A stretch of 58,133 nucleotides of DNA from an uncultured Gemmatimonadota bacterium (GTDB lineage: Bacteria > SM23-81 > DAOVCL01), in NCBI GenBank assembly GCA_964626665.1, contig CAZVGK010000020.1:1-58133 (forward strand), in the 5' to 3' direction. Both the position numbers and the translations under genes were made by a program. This document shows positions 30,676 to 39,326 of this stretch, one piece after another (the stretch's first letter is position 1; every line of letters starts with the position of its first letter). The notes beneath the pieces are model-generated. The model ran no database searches. It worked only from the letters and a program-made list of their open reading frames with translations, and was not told the origin of the DNA.

Positions 30676-30824
30676 AGAGTGATACTTTTATGCAGAATTT
30701 TGCATACTGCCGGGGTAAGATTTTATGTGGACCACCAAAGAAGGTTGGGAAAGTACCACATCAAACCTTTATTTTTCGGGAAGGTAGGGGATCTTGCTCC
30801 GATTGTTTCTGTTGGATTTTCACT

Positions 30825-30840
30825 TGGCATAATCTTTGCA
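30825..30840 (+). promoter_or_regulatory. Sigma54-type -24/-12 promoter
   Basis: TGGCATAATCTTTGCA with exact GG-N10-GC spacing. Confidence 0.55.
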
Positions 30841-31164
30841 ATTTTGAGCGATAGATTGGTAAGACTACATTTCGGAAATGCTAACTTGACAGTATAGGAA
30901 ATTCCATTTTTAGACGGGGTTGACAGGATGATCAGGACAAATAAAACCCGTCCACCAATGTTACATCTAAGCGAGTTAGTGGGTGGGAGACATCCCCTGA
31001 TGTCGATCAAAAGGGTGTTGTCAGGAGTTACCTCTTCCGCCTGGAATCCCGTCGGAACGGGGCTGACAGCTCTTACAATCTTTAATAGAGGGGATGAATA
31101 AAAATCCGGTAAATCCTGTTATCCTGTCAAAAAAGCCCCTGTAGGCGGCTCAGTTCGAAACGAG

Positions 31165-31791
31165 GTGCAGATGAAGATAATAGAGATTGAGTGGGGGGAA
31201 TTTCCCCAGGTGGATCATTTGAACCCCAAATTCATACCGGGCTCAACAAGGTTGAAGGCTACCTTGGAAATTTCCTTCAATGATTTGGAGAGGGGAGAAC
31301 TTAAGAACCACATTCAGGAGCTTACTCAGCTTTTCCCCAGTTTTAGTAAGCATCGCTGCGCTAATGAGCATGGGTTATCCACATCTTTTCAACCCAAACC
31401 TGGCTTGCAGCAGGTGGATAAAGCCACAGATGTTGCTCATCTCATTGAGCATATGGTTATTGATCTACAGTGTTCATTGAGTCGGATGAGATCTTGCAGT
31501 GGTATCACCTGTGCTTATTGGAGTCCGGAGAATCGCTATGACCTCTTTGTGGAATGTGCCAGCCCCAAGGTAGGCATCTTTGCCCTGAGGTTTGCCAAGG
31601 AGATAGTTGAGGAAATCTTAGCAGAAGATAAGTTTGGCCCTAAGTATAAGAAAATTTTGCAATTAGCCAGGTTTATCCAAAAGAACACTCCAATTTCTAA
31701 TGATGTAGGAGAACTATCATCTTCCCTAAGGTGGAAGGATAGGGCAGTTAAATCCTATCTAAAAGAACTGATTCGTTTGGGATACCTATGA
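31165..31791 (+). CDS. Stand-alone cyanophycin synthetase N-domain-like protein (HxC...HxxEH) with possible C-terminal winged helix
   Basis: LFPSFSKHRC...ATDVAHLIEHMVIDLQ...SGIT parallels CphA LP.L.EH.C...GT..GH..EH.ALELQ...G.T; C-terminal ELSSSL.W....VKSYLKELIRLGYL. Start may be ATG 31171. Confidence 0.65.
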   Translation: MQMKIIEIEWGEFPQVDHLNPKFIPGSTRLKATLEISFNDLERGELKNHIQELTQLFPSFSKHRCANEHGLSTSFQPKPGLQQVDKATDVAHLIEHMVIDLQCSLSRMRSCSGITCAYWSPENRYDLFVECASPKVGIFALRFAKEIVEEILAEDKFGPKYKKILQLARFIQKNTPISNDVGELSSSLRWKDRAVKSYLKELIRLGYL

Positions 31792-32035
31792 CCTCATACG
31801 CTTTTGCCCTCCAAATTCCTAATGACTCCGTAAGCTTGGCTTTACAAATCAAGGGATGGCAGTAAGGGCATTTCTGGCGGGATTTTTTCGTAGGGAGAGC
31901 TACCTTTTTCGTAGCTCTCCCTTTTTTTTGTATGGTCTGAGGATTTGCTACCTTGAGAAAGGCATCGATTTCAGAATCAAAGGCTACATAGGCATAGTCT
32001 TTAGGTTGTCTAATTGGTTCTCTCTGTGAAGCCAT
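31748..32035 (-). CDS. Possible small basic hypothetical protein with CPYC motif
   Basis: ATG preceded by GGGGA, fills an otherwise empty gap, overlaps the convergent gene by 44 nt; no family recognised. Confidence 0.3.
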   Translation of the reverse strand: MASQREPIRQPKDYAYVAFDSEIDAFLKVANPQTIQKKGRATKKVALPTKKSRQKCPYCHPLICKAKLTESLGIWRAKAYEVIGIPNESVLLDRI

Positions 32036-32145
32036 CTATCCCAAGGTAAACTGAGTGAGAGTCCCTCGGTTTAATTCCTGTTCCCATAATTTTAGGTACC
32101 CTCCGAAGAAGATTAGTAAAAGTAGTAATTTTATGGAGCCATCAG

Positions 32146-32220
32146 CCCCCCCCCCCCCAAAAAAAAAATAAAAAAAAAATAAAAAAACCCCTTGACAGGT
32201 TAAGAACAAGGTATTAGTAT
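32146..32220 (+). promoter_or_regulatory. Sigma70 promoter of the TBDR operon with C13 run and phased A tracts
   Basis: C13-A10-T-A10-T-A7-C4, then TTGACA (32192)-17 bp-TAGTAT (32215). Confidence 0.7.
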
Positions 32221-32281
32221 TGTTTGTTCAAGGGAATTTTTTGAAGATTAAAGGAAAATCCTTTAGAAGGGAGGGATAAAA

Positions 32282-35245
32282 ATGAGGTCAAAATGGTTAG
32301 TTTTTTGGGCAGGTGTTCTTATCCTTTTTCTTTTCGCCACTTCTCTCTGGGCCGGCACAACGGGCAAGATAAAGGGGACGGTGAAGGATAAGGACACCGG
32401 TGCCCCATTACCCGGGGTGAATATTGTGATCAAAGGGACGACTATGGGAGCAGCCACTAACTTGAGGGGTGAATATTTCATCATCAATGTCCGGGCAGGC
32501 ACCTATACTTTAGTAGCTACAATGGTGGGGTATAAAGCAATAGAGGTAGCCAATGTGAAGGTATCGGCCGATCTAACCACTACCATGGATTTTGAGCTTG
32601 AACCTACTGTGCTAGAATTGGGGGAGGTAGTAGAGGTGATCTCCGAGCGTCCTATGATTCAGAGAGATGTTACCTCTACTAGCCGGTTAATAGGCAGTGA
32701 AGACATTGCTCAGATGCCCATTACGGATTTTGCCGATATAGTGGCCAATCAAGCGGGAGCAGTGGAGACAGGTGGGGATTACTCTGGAGGACTGCATATC
32801 AGGGGAGGACGTTCGGATGAAGTGGTTTATATTGTAGATGGGGTGAACACTAATGATCCAGTAGTTAACCGCCGAGGCATAACCTTAGATAAGAGCGCTA
32901 TTGAGGAGATGTCGGTAATCAGCGGAGGCTTTAATGCGGAATACGGAGAAGCTATGTCCGGTGTGGTCAATGTAGTGACGAAGGAAGGCAGAAAGGACTT
33001 TAGTGGGGGATTGGAATTGACCACGGATTATCCTTTCCAGGACAGCAGGTATGATTTTGGTTACAATAAAGCCAACTTAACAATAGGGGGCCCAATCCCC
33101 TTAGGTAAGAATCTGACTTACTTCCTGCAAGGTGCCTATTACGAGGCTGATGACAGAGATCCGGCCATTATTCGCAAAAGCCATAATGACATCAAGGAGC
33201 AGAGTACTGCGGGGAAGTTAGTGTGGAAGCCCATTAAACCACTTAAGGTTAGACTATCGGGGAACTGGGCTAAACAGGAATATCACACCTACAGCCATAG
33301 CAGATCTCGCGGTGACTGGGTAAACCAAGGTTACTTGGCAAAAAAGGGTAACTCTCAATTTGTTTTTAACCTTACCCATACCCTCAGCAGGAGGACATTT
33401 TATACCTTTAACCTGAGTGGGTTTAACACCTACACCAAGTACAGTGCACAGAATGGAAGGCATTATCATGACTTCAGGGCGATAGGTCCACGGCTTGCCT
33501 GGGTAGGTGCGGCCATAGATTCCGGGTGGTATGATCAGGAATGGGATAGGTGGGAGCCAGGCTTTGATCCAGATAGCGTTTGGTTGTGGTATTATACGCA
33601 AGAAGGTTGGTATCATCCCGCTACTGATACAGCGGAGGCCCATTGGGAGAGTATTATCCAGAAGCAGGAGGCTTACAATGACCACTGGTATGATACGGGG
33701 TGTTGGCATCTTAATGAGGATACCACAAACATTTATTATGAACCCTTCGACCTCGATGGATACCTCTGGGAAGTGGCCAATTCCCCTAAACATCAAAGCG
33801 ATAAATATGAGGGGGATATTGATAAATGGGCGTATCCCTATCCAAGAGATGAATTTAGCTACTTCGTCTACAATTTCTTCCCCAGGTGGCATGAGAGAAT
33901 TACCACCCACTACACGGCCAATTTCGACCTCACCAGCCAAGTAGACAAATATAACCAGGTTAAAGGAGGCTTGTATCTGCGGAAGAACTTTTTAGAGTAT
34001 ACGGATATCCAGTTCTCCAACGACAGGCCCTATTCTGACCACTATGAGCAGACGCCAATTAGCGCAGCAGTCTATCTGCAGGATAAGTTAGAATATGAGG
34101 ATATGACCATTAACGCAGGGGTTAGGGTTGACTACTTTGACCCTAAAGCTAAGCACCCCATCGACCTGGAGAATCTTGATCAAGGTATGGCCGAGACCGA
34201 CCCCAAGTATAAGGTGAGCCCGAGGTTCGGCGTTGCCTTTGCCGTCTCCGACAAGACGGTGATGTATGGTAACTACGGACGTTTTTTTCAGGTTATTCAA
34301 TTGGGTGAACTCTATATGAACCTGCAGACTGATCTACTCACCGGCTGGCCACTGGTGGGGAATCCCGATATACCACCTGAGGAGACGGTTGCTTATGAGG
34401 TTGGTCTTAAGCATGCCTTTACCCCTGACCTGGCTGGACAGGTGACGGCCTATTATAAGGATGTCCATAACCTTCTGGCTACCCGCGAGGTGAACACTCT
34501 TGTTGCGGGGAAGAGAGCCTCCTACACCATTTTTAAGGTTGAGGACTTCGCCACGGTGAAAGGTATAGACTTGACCCTTACCAAAAGGGCTTCCCGCTAT
34601 CTTTCCAGCTCGGTCGGCTACTCCTATCTGAATGCCAAGGGGTCTGGTTCCTCAGGTAGAGAGGCCTACTATATCTATATTTATACAGGATTTCCTGATG
34701 AACTCCCCAAACAGGAGTATCCTCTTGATTTTGATGTTACACATTCTCTTAAGGCTAATCTTAACCTCTATTTGCCACGGCGATATGGGCCTAAGCTCTT
34801 TGGTTTTCGGCCCCTTTCGGACCTCAACGCCAACCTCCTGTTTACCTTTTCCTCCGGCCCTCCATATACACCCGAGGCTACCAAAGGGGGGCAGCCTTTG
34901 GAGATGGGTTCCAAGAGGCTTCCTTCCACTCATCGCACTGATTTGCGTGTTGACAAGATGTTTTCTATCAGCAAGGATCTGGGTATAGGGTTCTTTGTGG
35001 ATGTGAGAAACCTCTTTGATGTTGAAAATGTGATTAATGTTTACCATAATACGGGCAAACCGGATGATGATGACAGTGCTCCCATTTGGGATCCATCTCA
35101 GTGGGGAAATTATGCGGAGGAGGGATACAGTAGTCGGCACGAAATGTATGAGGCAGCTTATGCGGATTGGTATAAGTATACTAAAAGTCCCTTTAATTAT
35201 GGTGCTCCTCGTCTGATCAAAGCAGGAGTGACCTTCCACTTCTAA
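32282..35245 (+). CDS. TonB-dependent receptor with N-terminal carboxypeptidase-regulatory-like domain
   Basis: AGTTGKIKGTVKDKDTGAPLPGVN, plug HIRGGRSDEV.YIVDG, SGGFNAEYG.AMSGVVN, NLFD..N, C-terminal PRLIKAGVTFHF. Confidence 0.93.
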   Translation: MRSKWLVFWAGVLILFLFATSLWAGTTGKIKGTVKDKDTGAPLPGVNIVIKGTTMGAATNLRGEYFIINVRAGTYTLVATMVGYKAIEVANVKVSADLTTTMDFELEPTVLELGEVVEVISERPMIQRDVTSTSRLIGSEDIAQMPITDFADIVANQAGAVETGGDYSGGLHIRGGRSDEVVYIVDGVNTNDPVVNRRGITLDKSAIEEMSVISGGFNAEYGEAMSGVVNVVTKEGRKDFSGGLELTTDYPFQDSRYDFGYNKANLTIGGPIPLGKNLTYFLQGAYYEADDRDPAIIRKSHNDIKEQSTAGKLVWKPIKPLKVRLSGNWAKQEYHTYSHSRSRGDWVNQGYLAKKGNSQFVFNLTHTLSRRTFYTFNLSGFNTYTKYSAQNGRHYHDFRAIGPRLAWVGAAIDSGWYDQEWDRWEPGFDPDSVWLWYYTQEGWYHPATDTAEAHWESIIQKQEAYNDHWYDTGCWHLNEDTTNIYYEPFDLDGYLWEVANSPKHQSDKYEGDIDKWAYPYPRDEFSYFVYNFFPRWHERITTHYTANFDLTSQVDKYNQVKGGLYLRKNFLEYTDIQFSNDRPYSDHYEQTPISAAVYLQDKLEYEDMTINAGVRVDYFDPKAKHPIDLENLDQGMAETDPKYKVSPRFGVAFAVSDKTVMYGNYGRFFQVIQLGELYMNLQTDLLTGWPLVGNPDIPPEETVAYEVGLKHAFTPDLAGQVTAYYKDVHNLLATREVNTLVAGKRASYTIFKVEDFATVKGIDLTLTKRASRYLSSSVGYSYLNAKGSGSSGREAYYIYIYTGFPDELPKQEYPLDFDVTHSLKANLNLYLPRRYGPKLFGFRPLSDLNANLLFTFSSGPPYTPEATKGGQPLEMGSKRLPSTHRTDLRVDKMFSISKDLGIGFFVDVRNLFDVENVINVYHNTGKPDDDDSAPIWDPSQWGNYAEEGYSSRHEMYEAAYADWYKYTKSPFNYGAPRLIKAGVTFHF

Positions 35246-35301
35246 GGGAGGGTGGAGAAGGAAGATTGTTTTATAGCAATTATTCTTTAAGGAGGGGAAA
35301 G

Positions 35302-38214
35302 ATGAGTTTTTTCAGAGGAATCACTGCTTTTGGAGGAAGGTTAAATTATCAGGTTTTGATAGTTGCCCTTTTGTTGGGTATAGTAATGGTGTGGGCCTCT
35401 TTAGCGACAGCGCGTACTAAGCCAATAGACGATTACCACAAATGGTGGCTATACGGGACTAGCCCTACCCCATTGGCTAAAGCCACCGATGAAGGGGATG
35501 AACCTACAGCCTGGATGATCTCCTGGATTGGGGCCGGGGATTTCAGGATATATACGGTCAGCAATTGCGGGCAGAGCGGTTATTTTGAGCCCCCCCCCAA
35601 TTGGCAGTATTATGATGGGACATTTCCCTCTGGCTTCGGCTACGGAAATGGATACTTGGGTGAATTCCCGGCCGGCTCCAGGCAGTTTTACAACTGGGCA
35701 GCAGGAATCTGGGTTGGCGCTCCCTATCCAAAAGTCATCGGGAATGATACCCTATGGCAGCCACGGGTTTCCACGGGGGCCTACTACTCTGATATAGGGG
35801 CTATGAGCCATTTGGAACAGAGCAATGAAAGGATTCCCCAGGGGTCAGAGGGGGAGGGAGACTATAGGTTTTGGCAGAGGGGTAAACCCCATCAATCATA
35901 TCAGGAGCCTTGGACTCATGCAGACACCGTCCTGAATGACTTGAGGGTGGCTGCTGGAGGTGCCCCCTTAGACCCTGCCAATGGCGATTATATCTCCCTG
36001 GAGGACACCTGGGCGGTAATGGGGGACTGGATTCCGGAGGACTCAGCCAGCACCATCTTTATTATGGGTTATGATGTTTATGGGTTAGGGGTTAGATTGG
36101 AGCAGAGGACCTACTCCTGGAATTACGCTTACAACGACAGATACATTTTCATAGATTACAGGATAAAGAATATGAACTCCTTCCCTTTGGATAGCGTCTA
36201 TGTGGGCTACTTTATGGATAACGATATAGGTCAGACAGGGTATGAGGATCCTGAGGGATCAAACGATGATCTGATCGGCTATAACAGGGCTTTGAATTTG
36301 GGCTATACTTACGATTCTAACGGTAGTGAGCTAGATTGGAAATACCCTGCAGGTTATATAGGTTCGGTCTTCTGTAGGACTCCCAAAGATATTGGTATGA
36401 CCGGCTTTCAGACCTGGACCAGGGAAGGGCAGGAGAATCAGGTAGACAATACCGGTATGGACCACCTCAAATATGCAGAGTTGGCGTGTAGTCCAGGTAA
36501 TCCTCCCCCCAATGACACCGATCCAGACCATCAGTTTGAGACCTTTCTCGTTCCCCGGGATGTAAGGCAGCTTATGGCCTCTGGACCGTTTAGATTAGAG
36601 GCCAGAGGGGATAGCCTGGGGAGGGACCAGGTGACGGTCGGTTTTGCCATAGTTGCTGGAGATGATCTGGAGGAGCTGGAGGCCAATGTAAAGATGGCCA
36701 TTGAGCAGTATAAAGCCGGTTATATGGGCCCGGAGGCACCCCCCTCCCCTGATTTGACGGTTACTCCTACCGATGGCAAAGTCTACCTTTCCTGGGACAA
36801 TTATCCTGAGAACACCGTTGATCCCCAGAGCGAAAAACAGGACTTCGAGGGTTATCGGGTTTATAAAAATGCTACAGGCTCACCTATGGATTGGAACCTC
36901 CTGGCCGATTATGATGCCATTGGGAGCAGAACGGAGGACAAGGTTTTGGTGGAGAAAAAGGCTGGTCCTTCCTCTGCTATAGTGGAATTTGAGGGGCTTG
37001 AACCCAATTGGAAAACACTCTTTGACTTGGGGCAAAGCTATCGGGTTGAATTTACCGGTGGCTCTGATTTTGAAGTGCGCAACTACACCACACAGCATGT
37101 CCTCCCATACAATAGTAAGGCCAGATCTGCTGAGCAGGCCGGTGGAGGGAAAGGTTTCTGTGTTTTAGGGTGGCGTGATAACCCCGACATGGCTTATCCT
37201 GCCTTTCCTGGCTATTCCGATTCCACCAGAGTTTACTTTGATGGTATGTATCTTATTATCCATAATGATACCATTCCCGGGGCCGGTCAACCCTCCCCTA
37301 TGAGTGAAGATCTATTTGCGGTTACTGCTTATCCCTCAGAGGCTGTAGGCTCACAATCGGGTCTGAGGTATTCCTACTTAGACGATGATGTTATTAATGG
37401 TATGACTTACTACTACTCTGTTACCTCTTATGATAAGGGGGACCCATCTGCGGGATTGGTATCGTTGGAGAGTGGGAAAACCTTTGAACATCCCGTTGTC
37501 CCCGGACCGTTGGCAGAGGATCAGGTCGGAGGCAGAGTTACGGATATCCTCCACATTGCTGGTGGCGGGCCTGAGCCTGATTCGGCTGTGATAGTAAATG
37601 TTGTCCAGCCCGTGGAGGTTATAGGTCACACCTATAGGGTTGAGTTCTTGGCTGCCGATACATCCTCGGATAGGGCGGGATACTGGCGACTCAGGGATGT
37701 GGATCTCAATCAGGTTCTTCTGGACAGTATGATCAGTATATGGGGCGATACTCTGGAAAATGGTGAACCAATTCCGGAAAAGCCTGTGGTTGATGGTCTT
37801 TGCCTGACCATCTCCGGATTGAGCGATACCACTGCGGCAGGCGCTCCCTTCTCCACCAGTGATATTTATGAATTTAGCACGCTGAAGCTAACAGCGAAAA
37901 AGGCTGACTATAGCCTGGATAGGATAAAAGTTGTCCCCAATCCTTATATTATTAGAGCCGAGTGGGACCGAAGTAAGCTCGATCAATGGCTGAATTTTAT
38001 TCATCTTCCTTCCCAGTGCACCATCAGGATATTTACCCCTTCAGGCCTTTTGATTAAAACACTCAAGCATAGTGCCACAGGGGCAAATTCGGGAATGGAA
38101 AGGTGGGATCTGCGCACAGAAGAGGGTCTAAACTGCGTAAGTGGGCTCTATCTCTATCAGATTGAATCGGAGGATGGGAAGACAAAAGTGGGTAAATTCG
38201 CCATAATTCGTTAA
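35302..38214 (+). CDS. Large secreted TBDR-associated protein with FN3-like region and PNPY-type C-terminal domain
   Basis: ATG 35302 after AAGGAGG; P.AP.SP.LTVT..DGKVYLSWD...DFEGYRVYK...YYYSVTSYD; IKVVPNPY...CTIRIFT.SG.LIKTL...WDL...KFAIIR. Confidence 0.8.
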   Translation: MSFFRGITAFGGRLNYQVLIVALLLGIVMVWASLATARTKPIDDYHKWWLYGTSPTPLAKATDEGDEPTAWMISWIGAGDFRIYTVSNCGQSGYFEPPPNWQYYDGTFPSGFGYGNGYLGEFPAGSRQFYNWAAGIWVGAPYPKVIGNDTLWQPRVSTGAYYSDIGAMSHLEQSNERIPQGSEGEGDYRFWQRGKPHQSYQEPWTHADTVLNDLRVAAGGAPLDPANGDYISLEDTWAVMGDWIPEDSASTIFIMGYDVYGLGVRLEQRTYSWNYAYNDRYIFIDYRIKNMNSFPLDSVYVGYFMDNDIGQTGYEDPEGSNDDLIGYNRALNLGYTYDSNGSELDWKYPAGYIGSVFCRTPKDIGMTGFQTWTREGQENQVDNTGMDHLKYAELACSPGNPPPNDTDPDHQFETFLVPRDVRQLMASGPFRLEARGDSLGRDQVTVGFAIVAGDDLEELEANVKMAIEQYKAGYMGPEAPPSPDLTVTPTDGKVYLSWDNYPENTVDPQSEKQDFEGYRVYKNATGSPMDWNLLADYDAIGSRTEDKVLVEKKAGPSSAIVEFEGLEPNWKTLFDLGQSYRVEFTGGSDFEVRNYTTQHVLPYNSKARSAEQAGGGKGFCVLGWRDNPDMAYPAFPGYSDSTRVYFDGMYLIIHNDTIPGAGQPSPMSEDLFAVTAYPSEAVGSQSGLRYSYLDDDVINGMTYYYSVTSYDKGDPSAGLVSLESGKTFEHPVVPGPLAEDQVGGRVTDILHIAGGGPEPDSAVIVNVVQPVEVIGHTYRVEFLAADTSSDRAGYWRLRDVDLNQVLLDSMISIWGDTLENGEPIPEKPVVDGLCLTISGLSDTTAAGAPFSTSDIYEFSTLKLTAKKADYSLDRIKVVPNPYIIRAEWDRSKLDQWLNFIHLPSQCTIRIFTPSGLLIKTLKHSATGANSGMERWDLRTEEGLNCVSGLYLYQIESEDGKTKVGKFAIIR

Positions 38215-38230
38215 AAAGGGAGGGATAAGG

Positions 38231-39226
38231 ATGAAAAAGTATGTTCTTGTTTTCTCGTCGATTTTGCTCTTATTTTATCTTTCTCCTTTGGCCCGGGCCG
38301 GTGGGTTGGGGAGAGCAGGAGCGCAGTTTTTGACGGTAGGATCGGGTAGTAGACCTCTGGCCTTGGGGGGAGCTTATGTTGCTTTGGCGGAGGGGGGAGA
38401 CGCTATCTATTGGAATCCTGCAGGAATGGCTACGGAAGAACGGACGGTCTTTTCCTTTTCTCATACTCAGCTCTTTGCTGGTCAGTTAAAAAAGGAAAAT
38501 GTAGCCTTTATACATCCTGGTTTGGGGGGGACAGTTGGGCTTAGCGCTATTGCCTTTCTTTCAGGTGACATAGATATTACTACGGTGGAGGAACCCGAGG
38601 GGACTGGAGAGGCATATACGGCCAATGGTTTCGCTGCTGGTATCTCCTATGCAAGGATGATGACTGATAAGTTTACAGCGGGGATTACACTGAAACTCAT
38701 TAACGAGAACATCTATAAGTGTTCATCATTTGGCTGGGCCTTTGACTTGGGGGGAATATACAATACGGGTCTACGGAATTTGCGGCTGGGGTTTGTTATC
38801 CAAAACTTTGGGCCCGATCTGAGATATGGCGGGGAGCTTTTGGAATTTTCTACCTCCACTACTGAGGTGATGAACGAGGATGTGTCTGCTCAGTATAAAT
38901 CCTCCCCCTATTCCCTGCCTTTATCATTCCAAGTGGGTGTAGCCTATGATCTGTTAACCAGTGGTAATAACAGGATAACCGCCGTCTTAGATGGGGTTCA
39001 TCCCATAGATCAGGATGAGACCTTTGCCGGCGGCTTAGAATATTGGTTGGGGGAGACTTATTCCATAAGGCTGGGATACACGGATCGCAATAACAAGGGG
39101 CTAAGTTTTGGCTTAGGGGCAAAGATTCCTTTAGGAAATGAGGTGAAAGCTGTTGTGGATTATGGCTATGTCATGCACGACTATCTCGATGCTACCCAAA
39201 ATTTCACCATTAGTTTTTCGTATTAG
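38231..39226 (+). CDS. PorV/PorQ-family (UPF0164/FadL-like) outer-membrane beta-barrel
   Basis: AGAQFL.VG.G.R.LALGGAYVA...AIYWNPAG; alternating beta strands; terminal aromatic residue. Confidence 0.85.
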   Translation: MKKYVLVFSSILLLFYLSPLARAGGLGRAGAQFLTVGSGSRPLALGGAYVALAEGGDAIYWNPAGMATEERTVFSFSHTQLFAGQLKKENVAFIHPGLGGTVGLSAIAFLSGDIDITTVEEPEGTGEAYTANGFAAGISYARMMTDKFTAGITLKLINENIYKCSSFGWAFDLGGIYNTGLRNLRLGFVIQNFGPDLRYGGELLEFSTSTTEVMNEDVSAQYKSSPYSLPLSFQVGVAYDLLTSGNNRITAVLDGVHPIDQDETFAGGLEYWLGETYSIRLGYTDRNNKGLSFGLGAKIPLGNEVKAVVDYGYVMHDYLDATQNFTISFSY

Positions 39227-39326
39227 GGATAAACTTTTCAAAACCGGAAGGAGGTGAAAAAAAGAGAGAAAAGAGCTTTTCCATTCTGGTAAGGGAGGTT
39301 TAATTAAGAAAAAAAAGGAGAGGGAA

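Noticed and set aside
30670-31010. ORFs 30670-30897 (+) and 30723-31010 (-)
   Set aside because: They overlap a terminator, promoter-like motifs and repeats, with no coding signal.
32040-32281. Cobalamin or TPP riboswitch upstream of the TBDR
   Set aside because: No conserved boxes; the predicted 5' UTR is only about 55 nt.
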